From positions 42,879-106,878 of the forward strand of contig DUFC01000031.1 in assembly GCA_011191875.1 (NCBI GenBank): 64,000 bases of DNA, written 5' to 3'. This stretch comes from Dehalococcoidia bacterium. Its GTDB lineage: Bacteria > Chloroflexota > Dehalococcoidia > Dehalococcoidales > W498. Shown here one piece after another: positions 47,851 to 55,389 of the stretch. Each line of letters begins with the position of its first letter. The stretch's first letter is position 1. The position numbers and the translations under genes are program-made. The notes under the pieces were generated by a model. It saw only the letters and a list, made by a program, of their open reading frames with translations, was not told the DNA's origin and did not search any database.

Positions 47851-48549
47851 TCACCGACCTCGCTTCCATGTCCAGTTCTCAATAACCAGCGCCAACACCA
47901 AAAGAGCTAATGTACCTAGTGCCGCTAATATTCCAACTGCTACCGGCGATGTGAAGAGCATACCACTGACAAACGCTTCCCATCCCCAGGCTCCAGCCAA
48001 CGCCATGCCTATATATACTAATGTCTTGCCACACCAGCAGGCAACGAAAAACTTCCATAAGGGGAAGCGAAGAAGACCGGCAGCTATACCCAGCACATCA
48101 AAGGGCAAGGGAGTTAGTGCGAAAACAAAGACGGTTAAAACTCCCCACTTCTTCAGCCATTGCGCTGCTTTGTCATAAAACCTTCTGTTTTCTACAACTC
48201 CCCGTCCACTATAACCCAGCATATAACAGGTCATCTCCCCTATAGCCCCCCCTATCCCACCAGCCAACCCAACCAAAACCGGGTTGAAAGTAGCGCCAAG
48301 AAGTAAGATTATTACGATACCCGGGAAAGGCAATATAATAGTGGCATTGGTAATTAGGCTAATAAGGAAGGCACTTAGATAGCCGTAGTTACCCAACTGA
48401 GCAAGCTCATCCCGGTAAAGAAAGAGACAAACGGTGATAGCTATGACCAGAAATAGTATTAAAAGAGGAATAAGTTTCCTCTTTACCCAGCCCCCCTTCT
48501 CGGCTCCAGTCTGCTTATGGTAGCGGTTTACGTCGCTCATGTTGAGCAT
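47851..48549 (-). CDS. DedA/VTT-domain membrane protein
   Basis: 232 aa multi-TM protein. The pattern PFPGIVIILLLGATF...G..LGY..G...E is consistent with the SNARE-associated/DedA family. Confidence 0.7.
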   Translation of the reverse strand: MLNMSDVNRYHKQTGAEKGGWVKRKLIPLLILFLVIAITVCLFLYRDELAQLGNYGYLSAFLISLITNATIILPFPGIVIILLLGATFNPVLVGLAGGIGGAIGEMTCYMLGYSGRGVVENRRFYDKAAQWLKKWGVLTVFVFALTPLPFDVLGIAAGLLRFPLWKFFVACWCGKTLVYIGMALAGAWGWEAFVSGMLFTSPVAVGILAALGTLALLVLALVIENWTWKRGR

Positions 48550-48678
48550 TGTAGCACATTGTAGATTAGGTGGGTAATGTAGTGGTCGGGGAACGTGGGC
48601 AGGGTTATTAAATAGTTTTATATATTAAATTGCTTCACTAGCTAATGCATTGTATACTTTAGCTTAGGATGGTGGTTA

Positions 48679-49710
48679 TTGGTGAAGACCGACGATTTTG
48701 ACTATTTCCTTCCCCCGGAACTTATTGCTCAAACCCCGGTTGAACCTAGAGACCAATCACGACTTATGGTTCTAAACCGCAGCAATGGTTCGATAAAGCA
48801 CCGTAAGTTTCTTGAAATAACTGATTACTTACGAGCTGGGGATGTCCTGGTATTTAATAATAGCCGTGTTATCCCAGCCCGCCTCAAGGGGAGAAAGGTT
48901 GATAGCGGGGGTAGGGTAGAGATTTTGTTACTATGCCGGCTTGACACCAATACTTGGGAGGCACTGGTTAAGCCTGGTAAGCGGGTTAATATTGGCACCA
49001 GGGTTGAGATAGCAAATGAGCATGAGACTAAGGTTTTGGCTGAAGTAACCGAGCTAAGGCAGGATGGGATAAAGGTGATAAGTTTCTCTGATGAAACACC
49101 ATTACCGGAGCTAGGCGAGATTCCATTACCTCCATATATACATGTTCCCTTAATTCATCCCGAGCGTTATCAGACGACCTATGCTAGTGTAGCCGGTAGC
49201 GTGGCAGCACCCACCGCTGGGTTACACTTCACCCCTGAACTACTTAGTAATATAGAACAGAAGGGGGTTCGCTGTTTGTTTGTTACCCTCCATGTGGGGC
49301 TTGACACCTTCCGACCAGTTAAGGAGGATGACCCGCTTGAGCATCCTATCTATAAGGAGTATGGTGTGCTAACTCAGGAGGTAGCCAGTCAGTTATCTCA
49401 AGCAAAGGCAGAGGGGCGGAGAGTCATTTGTGTTGGCACTACTACGGTAAGAATTGTAGAGCAAGCGGCTCAGGCTAGTAGCTCACTTCCTGTAGAGCCG
49501 TTTGTGGACTGGGTGAGTTTGTTTATATTGCCCGGATACCAGTTCCGTATGGTGGACGCCCTTATTACAAATTTCCATCTGCCTAAGTCAACACTGCTGA
49601 TGCTGGTTGCTGCCTTTGCTGGTAGAGATTTTATTAATCAAGCCTACAAGGAAGCAATAGCCTCAAACTACCACTTCTACAGCTTTGGCGACGCGATGCT
49701 AATCTTATAG
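48679..49710 (+). CDS. queA: S-adenosylmethionine:tRNA ribosyltransferase-isomerase
   Basis: 343 aa. FDYFLPPELIAQTPVEPRDQSRLMVL, PLPPYI, GSVAAPTAGLHFT and FYSFGDAMLI are canonical QueA. Confidence 0.95.
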   Translation: MVKTDDFDYFLPPELIAQTPVEPRDQSRLMVLNRSNGSIKHRKFLEITDYLRAGDVLVFNNSRVIPARLKGRKVDSGGRVEILLLCRLDTNTWEALVKPGKRVNIGTRVEIANEHETKVLAEVTELRQDGIKVISFSDETPLPELGEIPLPPYIHVPLIHPERYQTTYASVAGSVAAPTAGLHFTPELLSNIEQKGVRCLFVTLHVGLDTFRPVKEDDPLEHPIYKEYGVLTQEVASQLSQAKAEGRRVICVGTTTVRIVEQAAQASSSLPVEPFVDWVSLFILPGYQFRMVDALITNFHLPKSTLLMLVAAFAGRDFINQAYKEAIASNYHFYSFGDAMLIL

Positions 49711-49840
49711 CACCAATAGAGCTCCCTATGAACTCCTTATTGTATATCCTGCCCTTTGACCATTAGGCAGGTGAGGTGCTAGAATCAGAATACCTAATTT
49801 CAAAATTAGTTATAGTCCTTGATTAAAGGATAGTGACTAA

Positions 49841-51022
49841 ATGAAGTTCCTTAAGGTGCTGGCTCTCAGTCTTATAAGCTCCCTTCTTGTCCTGTCTCTT
49901 TTTGCTTTTGGTATTGCACTTACACTAAATTATACCCTCCTCAACCCGGATTTCATTGTCTCTGAGGTAGATAAGGTCGATATATCTTCATTAGTCGAGG
50001 AATTCATCAGTGAAGAAATCTCCGAAGAAGAGCTGCCCGAAGAGCTTAGGGTTGTCCTAGTTGACACCGTCACCAAACTCGAACCAGTAGTAAAGGAACG
50101 AGCAAATGCCACCATTTACCCCATCTTTGATTACTTACTGGGGAAAAGCCAAAGCCCAGACTTGGCGCTTACGCTACGTAATACCTTTTTAAATTCGGAA
50201 TTTGTCGTCTCCGTACTGGATGAGCTAGATGTATCTTCGCTAGCAGAAGAATTGCTCACCGAGGAGTTCATTGAGGAAATCCCAGAAGAGATGGAGTATC
50301 TAGTTGAGTATATGGATGACATCGTCGCCGAACTTGAACCATGGGCAAAAGAACAAGTAAGTATCGCCGCTGACCCCGTCTTCGATTACCTAGTAGGGGA
50401 AAGCCAGAGTCTGAACGTGGTAATCTCACTAGAACCAGTAATGGAAAGCCTAGAGGATACTCTGAGGGAAGCCTTCCTAGAATCACCACCGTCAGACCTT
50501 TCCCACTTACCTCAGGCTGAACTCGAGCTGTACTTTGATGTGTATTTCCAGGAATTAACTGAAACAATGCCGTCGACCTTTGAGATTAACGAAAGCTTAT
50601 TGGGCACTGAGGTGCCAGCAGAGATAGCTGAAGCACTGGCCGAGACTGAAGGGGCACTTGAGCAGGCGAGGCAGTATATTGGCTATTTCCAGCTTGGTTA
50701 CAAGATTCTAATTGGCTTCACTCTGCTACTAATACTGGGCATTGTTCTCATAAATCGCCAGGTAAAGGGTGCTACCCGTGGGATAGGCATTCCATTCCTG
50801 ACTTGTGGAGCCCTTAGCTACATTGGTATTTTAATTGCTAAGAATATTATTAGGAAACTGTTAATGCGTCTTGATATACCGGCTCAGTTCCAACCACTGC
50901 TACCACAACTCCTCAGTGACTTCTTAGCTCCACTGCAATGGTTCAGCCTCGGTCTTTTTATTTCCGGGATAGCTCTAATCATAGTCTCTTTTATCTATAA
51001 GCCACGCCAGCCTTCATTTTGA
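49841..51022 (+). CDS. Hypothetical membrane protein with tandem acidic internal repeat
   Basis: 393 aa with an N-terminal TM anchor and two 83-aa acidic repeats (LNPDFIVSEVDKVDISSLVEEF... and LNSEFVVSVLDELDVSSLAEEL...). A third partial acidic segment and about 3 C-terminal TM helices follow. Confidence 0.6.
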   Translation: MKFLKVLALSLISSLLVLSLFAFGIALTLNYTLLNPDFIVSEVDKVDISSLVEEFISEEISEEELPEELRVVLVDTVTKLEPVVKERANATIYPIFDYLLGKSQSPDLALTLRNTFLNSEFVVSVLDELDVSSLAEELLTEEFIEEIPEEMEYLVEYMDDIVAELEPWAKEQVSIAADPVFDYLVGESQSLNVVISLEPVMESLEDTLREAFLESPPSDLSHLPQAELELYFDVYFQELTETMPSTFEINESLLGTEVPAEIAEALAETEGALEQARQYIGYFQLGYKILIGFTLLLILGIVLINRQVKGATRGIGIPFLTCGALSYIGILIAKNIIRKLLMRLDIPAQFQPLLPQLLSDFLAPLQWFSLGLFISGIALIIVSFIYKPRQPSF

Positions 51023-51113
51023 ACCAAAGTCTCTGCTACTGTAATTAGACGGTTCCTTTATATTGCTCCATCTCTATCTCTAGTGGTAAAATCATCAGGG
51101 AGTATTAACTAGT

Positions 51114-51380
51114 GTGAGTAAGGATAAATATAACAATACGATAAATGATGTGCACCTTCGCCAGCTTACTGTAGACGAAGCACTGTTAAAGCTAGATAAA
51201 TATCTAAACGATGCCTTTATGACTGGTTCACTCCAGGTTAGGGTAATTCACGGTAAGGGAACAGGCATCCTGCGCCAGGTAGTCCGTAAGCAGCTCGCTA
51301 AACATCCGCTGGTCAAATCATACCGACCGGGGGCTTATGGAGAAGGAGGTTCCGGAGTTACTATAGCTGAGCTAGTCTAA
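51114..51380 (+). CDS. Stand-alone Smr (small MutS-related) domain protein
   Basis: 88 aa with a GTG start. DVHLRQLTVDEAL..LDKYLNDA......VRVIHGKGTGILR is the Smr pattern. Confidence 0.8.
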   Translation: MSKDKYNNTINDVHLRQLTVDEALLKLDKYLNDAFMTGSLQVRVIHGKGTGILRQVVRKQLAKHPLVKSYRPGAYGEGGSGVTIAELV

Positions 51381-51397
51381 AAGTGGTTGACTCCTCA

Positions 51398-51426
51398 TTG
51401 AAAGAAGAAGGGTTTTTAGCTATAAT
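51398..51426 (+). promoter_or_regulatory. Near-consensus promoter for tRNA-His
   Basis: TTGAAA (51398-51403), a 17-nt spacer, then TATAAT (51421-51426), 15 nt before the tRNA. Confidence 0.55.
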
Positions 51427-51441
51427 ACCCAGGCTACCTAT

Positions 51442-51519
51442 GGTGAGTGTCGCCTAGTGGTCTAAGGCGCCAGGTTGTGGCCCTGGAGAACGAGGGTTCA
51501 AATCCCTCCACTCACCCCA
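51442..51519 (+). tRNA. tRNA-His (anticodon GTG), with encoded G-1 and CCA
   Basis: Manual cloverleaf. The 8-bp acceptor GGTGAGTG/CACTCACC has the extra G-1:C73 pair diagnostic of tRNA-His. The D stem is GCCT/AGGC, the anticodon stem CCAGG/CCTGG with loop TTGTGGC, and the T arm GAGGG-TTCAAAT-CCCTC, followed by CCA. Confidence 0.9.
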
Positions 51520-51526
51520 AACTGAA

Positions 51527-51554
51527 GCGCTTATAGCTTAGCGGACAGAGCATC
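51527..51554 (+). pseudogene. Orphan 5' half (acceptor + D arm) of tRNA-Arg
   Basis: GCGCTTATAGCTTAGCGGACAGAGCATC matches positions 1-28 of the tRNA-Arg at 52505 at 26 of 28 bases. The downstream sequence has no complementary anticodon stem, T arm or acceptor 3' strand. Confidence 0.6.
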
Positions 51555-51611
51555 TTACTTACCAGTATATGGCAGGGTAGGGTACTAGGTAATAGTGAGG
51601 ACAATGTGATT

Positions 51612-52289
51612 TTAGGCGAGAGAGATTAATCCCGTCTTCAGAGCTAACACTACCGCTTCAGTACGGTCGTTGGCACTCAACTTTGTCATAATTGAAGAGA
51701 CATGATTCTTAATGGTTTGTTCACTAATGTTAAGTTCAGACGCAATCTGCTTGTTACTGCGACCTTGAGCTATATGGTTGACGATTTCTATCTCTCGCAC
51801 CGTGAGCTGCGCTTTTGTCGTCTCATCTTCCCTCTTTCCAGATAGTTGTCGAAACTGGCGTAATACTCCATCGGCTATTTCAGGTTGACTGGAAAGAGCT
51901 TCATATATAGGGTACTCACCACGAGCTACACGCCTCACGATATCAGCCAGATAGTCACCGCTGACTTCCTTGTTTAGATAAGCGGCAACTTGGGTTGCAA
52001 GCACCCGGACGAACTGGTCTTCACTGAGATTTGAGGCAAGCGCAATCACGCCAACACTAGGCAAGACCTGTGTTAGTCTACGAATTAAGCTCATGCCACT
52101 GTCGGAAGGAACATCCATATCCACAATCACCACATCAGGTGGCATAACCTCAATAGCTACAGCCCAGCCAGTGACTTCAGCCTGACCAATAACTTCCATA
52201 TCCTCCATACTGGAGAGCCAATGCCTTATGCCCTCCCCCAACAGAGGTTGCTGGCAAAAGGTAAAAACCTTAATCTTCTGCTCACTCAT
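51612..52289 (-). CDS. LuxR/NarL-type response regulator with atypical receiver
   Basis: The ORF track start is 52331, but the internal ATG at 52289 (MSEQKIKVF) is the likelier start. The C-terminal LuxR HTH is LTVREIEIVNHIAQGRSNKQIASELNISEQTIKNHVSSIM. The receiver retains the putative acceptor Asp (VVIVDMDVP), Ser and Lys, but has CQ where the N-terminal acidic DD pair normally sits. Confidence 0.8.
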   Translation of the reverse strand: MSEQKIKVFTFCQQPLLGEGIRHWLSSMEDMEVIGQAEVTGWAVAIEVMPPDVVIVDMDVPSDSGMSLIRRLTQVLPSVGVIALASNLSEDQFVRVLATQVAAYLNKEVSGDYLADIVRRVARGEYPIYEALSSQPEIADGVLRQFRQLSGKREDETTKAQLTVREIEIVNHIAQGRSNKQIASELNISEQTIKNHVSSIMTKLSANDRTEAVVLALKTGLISLA

Positions 52290-52464
52290 ATGACTAAGCT
52301 TAAGAATAGCACAGAAAGAGGCTAATTTCAACGATTTGACTTGTGATAGGCCTTGAGCTATTAAAGCACAGATTGATTCGGAATATACCCGTTCTCATTA
52401 CTTTTACCTCCAGCCAGCCAGCTTTATAAGTCTTGTTAACTGTGATACTTAGTGATGAAGCCCA

Positions 52465-52494
52465 TTGCTCTCTGTCTGGCTTGTCAGGTATAAT
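52465..52494 (+). promoter_or_regulatory. Candidate promoter for tRNA-Arg
   Basis: TTGCTC (52465-52470), an 18-nt spacer, then TATAAT (52489-52494), 10 nt before the tRNA 5' end. Confidence 0.45.
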
Positions 52495-52504
52495 TTAATT
52501 GAGT

Positions 52505-52580
52505 GCGCCTATAGCTCAGCGGACAGAGCATCGGTCTTCGGAACCGAGGGTCGTGGGTTCGAATCCCTCTAGGCGCGCCA
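52505..52580 (+). tRNA. tRNA-Arg (anticodon TCG), CCA encoded
   Basis: Manual cloverleaf. The acceptor is GCGCCTA/TAGGCGC, the D stem GCTC/GAGC, and the anticodon stem TCGGT/ACCGA with loop CTTCGGA. The T arm GTGGG-TTCGAAT-CCCTC has one U-U mismatch. It ends in GCCA. Confidence 0.88.
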
Positions 52581-52758
52581 GTATCAAGATAAAAGCTCCT
52601 AAGCTATCGACAATTATTAAATACCACCCCAGGGAGAAATGGAAACTCACTCCTCGGGGCGGTTGTGCTTTTTGCCAGTTGAACCGAGACTTAAGGCTTC
52701 AAGACGCTAATACTACTTTTATCCAGTCCTGGGAACTGGGCAAGATGATACCTGGTAT

Positions 52759-54651
52759 CTATACAAAGGAGGCAGGCTTGATATAATCTCCATATTTCTC
52801 TCTAGCCTTGATTAATCTCTGCCTTTGCTCTTCAAACACTTTGAATACTATTGGCGGCGTATCAGTAACCCTGGTCTTGTATATCTCCGTTAATCTATCG
52901 AGCTTGGCTAAGTTTTCTGGAACCCTTATTGTGAACTGCATATTATAATCTTTCTTAGAATAGTCTTGACCGAGCGTTTCTTTGAATAGCTTTACCAGGT
53001 CTCCATATTTTGGTATAAAACCAGTGGGTGTTTCTATTGCATCAACTTCCTTATGGGCACGCAGTTCCATCCATTTAAGCCAAACTCGTTTAGCGTATTT
53101 ATCATTCAAGAAATCCCCGTCAGAGCCTCTCAAGAAGTAATTCACAGAGAAGATGAGAGGTGGATTGGGTAAGTCAGTGCCAAAATTCAGGTTACCTGCA
53201 ACATACTTACCTATGGGTATGGAGAGGAAGTCCAGATTTGACATAGGGTTAAAGGTTCTAACCCCTTCTTTTCCCAAGGTGGCAGCGGTAGTTTCTGATT
53301 CAAGAGCGGCACCTTTAATTATGATGCCATGTTGCCAGCTAAAAGACTCCTCTACCGGTACCAAGGTGTCCGAATCGCGACCTCCATAGATTATTCCGCT
53401 GACCATGACACCATCAGGGTCGTTAAGCTTTGGATCCAAATTCTCTAAATGCTTAATGTCAAGGGTAAAACGTGCGTTTTTGTGTGAAGGTGATATCTCC
53501 TTACCCTCAGCATCCTTCTTCCCAGGAGTCCATTCTCCTGAGTGATTGATACCCTTCTTTGGGGCTTCTCCATCCTTACCAATCCAATAGACACCTTTCT
53601 CCTCGGTAACCAGTACATTTGAAAATATAATCTCACCCGGCGTGTGAAGTGTCTTCCATACTATAGCGTCATCTTTAGAGTTAACGCCTTGTATTATGCC
53701 AAACATTCCCCTTTCTACATTGACGGCGTGTACTTCCCCGTCCTTTTTCCTAATATAGGCAATGTCATCTCCGACTATGGTCTCACCTTCTATCATGGCA
53801 GTGGAAGTCTTTCCACACATAGAAGGAAAAGCTCCTAAGAGATAACTCACCCTGCCTTTTGGACCATGCACACCCATAATCAGCATATGCTCCGTGAGCC
53901 AACCTTCCTTTGATGCTCTATTTATGGCGAGACGCATTGCTAATTTCTTAAGCCCGATAGTATTGCCACCATATTGAGTGTTCGTGCTATATATGGTCTC
54001 ATCTTTGAGGTCAATGTATATTCTACGCTTGTCAATATTTTTACTTACTTCTAACCCAAGCCCTGCCGGCTGTAGCTCCCCTTGAGAATGCACAAACTTA
54101 AAGAACTGCTTATAATCGCCTAATCTCTTGAATTCCTCATATCCCGGTCTATACAATAGGTCCTCACTATGCGCCACATAGGCGGAATCAGTAAGCTGGA
54201 TACAAGGGATAGTAAATTCAGAATTAATAGGACCTAAGCAAAAGAATCGTACATATAACTCGTGCCCCCGCATAATGTTTTTAAGAATCTGGTAAATTTC
54301 TTTGAGTCCTTCGTCTCTATCCATTGAATTAATCTCAGGACCTAGAGCCACACCCTTGGGTATAAGAAATTTCGTAGTTTCTTTATCTCTGGCTTGGTCG
54401 TAATAGCCGTCAAAATGAATAGTGTGACCTTTTAGAGCAAGTTCTGCCTCCCCTCTATCTCTTACCGCCGATTGCCTGATATAGTTAATATCTTCTGCGG
54501 AGTCAGTTGAGACAAAAACTCTATCAGGATTACAAAGCTCCACATACTTGGCGATAAACTGATTTAGCTTGGGATTATTTATCCTGTCAAGTTTCTGGTA
54601 GCCCTCTTGCCCTAATCTGGTTTTAAGTATATTCTTAGCTTTTTCATTCAT
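52759..54651 (-). CDS. pckG: Phosphoenolpyruvate carboxykinase (GTP)
   Basis: 630 aa. The kinase-1a motif is FPSMCGKTS, and the overall N- and C-terminal sequence is typical of GTP-dependent PEPCK. Confidence 0.9.
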   Translation of the reverse strand: MNEKAKNILKTRLGQEGYQKLDRINNPKLNQFIAKYVELCNPDRVFVSTDSAEDINYIRQSAVRDRGEAELALKGHTIHFDGYYDQARDKETTKFLIPKGVALGPEINSMDRDEGLKEIYQILKNIMRGHELYVRFFCLGPINSEFTIPCIQLTDSAYVAHSEDLLYRPGYEEFKRLGDYKQFFKFVHSQGELQPAGLGLEVSKNIDKRRIYIDLKDETIYSTNTQYGGNTIGLKKLAMRLAINRASKEGWLTEHMLIMGVHGPKGRVSYLLGAFPSMCGKTSTAMIEGETIVGDDIAYIRKKDGEVHAVNVERGMFGIIQGVNSKDDAIVWKTLHTPGEIIFSNVLVTEEKGVYWIGKDGEAPKKGINHSGEWTPGKKDAEGKEISPSHKNARFTLDIKHLENLDPKLNDPDGVMVSGIIYGGRDSDTLVPVEESFSWQHGIIIKGAALESETTAATLGKEGVRTFNPMSNLDFLSIPIGKYVAGNLNFGTDLPNPPLIFSVNYFLRGSDGDFLNDKYAKRVWLKWMELRAHKEVDAIETPTGFIPKYGDLVKLFKETLGQDYSKKDYNMQFTIRVPENLAKLDRLTEIYKTRVTDTPPIVFKVFEEQRQRLIKAREKYGDYIKPASFV

Positions 54652-54828
54652 TATTTACCCCTACCCTTACATTTAGTAGCTTAACATTCTTGGCTAGATA
54701 TTCTATACGCCTACTAGCCCCTTTTCAACTTTATTCCTATTCCATGCGCCCCAGTGAGCAGCCTTTGTATCCTTCTTTTTCAAGGAAGCGCCAGCTAGCA
54801 AAGAGCAATAAAGGGAGCTAACTTATCT

Positions 54829-55110
54829 CTAGTCACCAACTCGCAACCTGCCCCAAATGGCAACAGCCCGCGCCAGTGAACAGACGCTATCCAAGCTCGG
54901 TTTATTGCCTCCAGAGAAACAGAATTTCATGTAATTACTTAGCATCAATCCGCCCACTCCCTCAATAGCCGAGCGCGCTGCTCCCAACTGAGTAACAATA
55001 CTCTCGCAATCGCGACCTTGTTCTATCATCTTCTGAATACCGCGAATCTGCCCTTCTATCCTTTTGAGGCGCTTGACCAAGTTGTCAACCGATACTGCTT
55101 CTTCTGCCAT
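54829..55110 (-). CDS. CsoR/RcnR/FrmR-family (DUF156) transcriptional repressor with non-canonical ligand set
   Basis: 93 aa. LVKRLKRIEGQIRGIQKMIEQGRDCESIVTQLGAARSAI is the family signature. It has Cys in RDC and Cys in MKFC, but Tyr/Asn where CsoR carries the His of the C-H-C triad. Confidence 0.8.
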   Translation of the reverse strand: MAEEAVSVDNLVKRLKRIEGQIRGIQKMIEQGRDCESIVTQLGAARSAIEGVGGLMLSNYMKFCFSGGNKPSLDSVCSLARAVAIWGRLRVGD

Positions 55111-55146
55111 TTTACCCTCCGTAGTAAATTAGGCTCATCTACTCTC

Positions 55147-55176
55147 TTGACATACCCTCTCTCTGTAGGGTATTAT
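55147..55176 (+). promoter_or_regulatory. Promoter for the fdhAB-Moco operon, overlapped by a CsoR-type operator palindrome
   Basis: TTGACA (55147-55152), an 18-nt spacer, then TATTAT (55171-55176). The spacer contains the inverted repeat ATACCCT-N8-AGGGTAT (55152-55173). On the minus strand, a TATAAT (complement of 55177-55172) overlaps the same palindrome upstream of the repressor gene. Confidence 0.55.
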
Positions 55177-55389
55177 ACGCTAATGCTGCCACCTATTTTA
55201 CCACATAACATGCCTCAGGTAATAGATTTTCGCCTAAAGAGAGGGTTATAATACACAAGTTTGAATTAGAGATAGGCTGAGATTGGAATGGCTCTCGGCA
55301 TCCGAGGCACTGAAGATAGCTGAGACATTTAAAAAATTATACCCAAATTATCAAAGGGCTTGCTTCAAGCCCGCTTAACAGGAGGTGAA

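Noticed and set aside
52499-52786. 95-aa ORF overlapping tRNA-Arg
   Set aside because: Its first ~27 codons are the tRNA itself, and the remainder runs into the pckG 3' end on the other strand. It is spurious.
55183-55389. Possible Moco riboswitch or other structured leader upstream of fdhA
   Set aside because: The leader is long (about 130-200 nt, depending on which promoter is used). It contains small hairpins (CTCGG-cat-CCGAG; GGGCTTG-ctt-CAAGCCC) and an ATAG(G)CTGAGA direct repeat. I could not reconstruct the conserved Moco-motif helices or core nucleotides from memory, so the call is unsupported. A cmscan against Rfam RF01055 would settle it.
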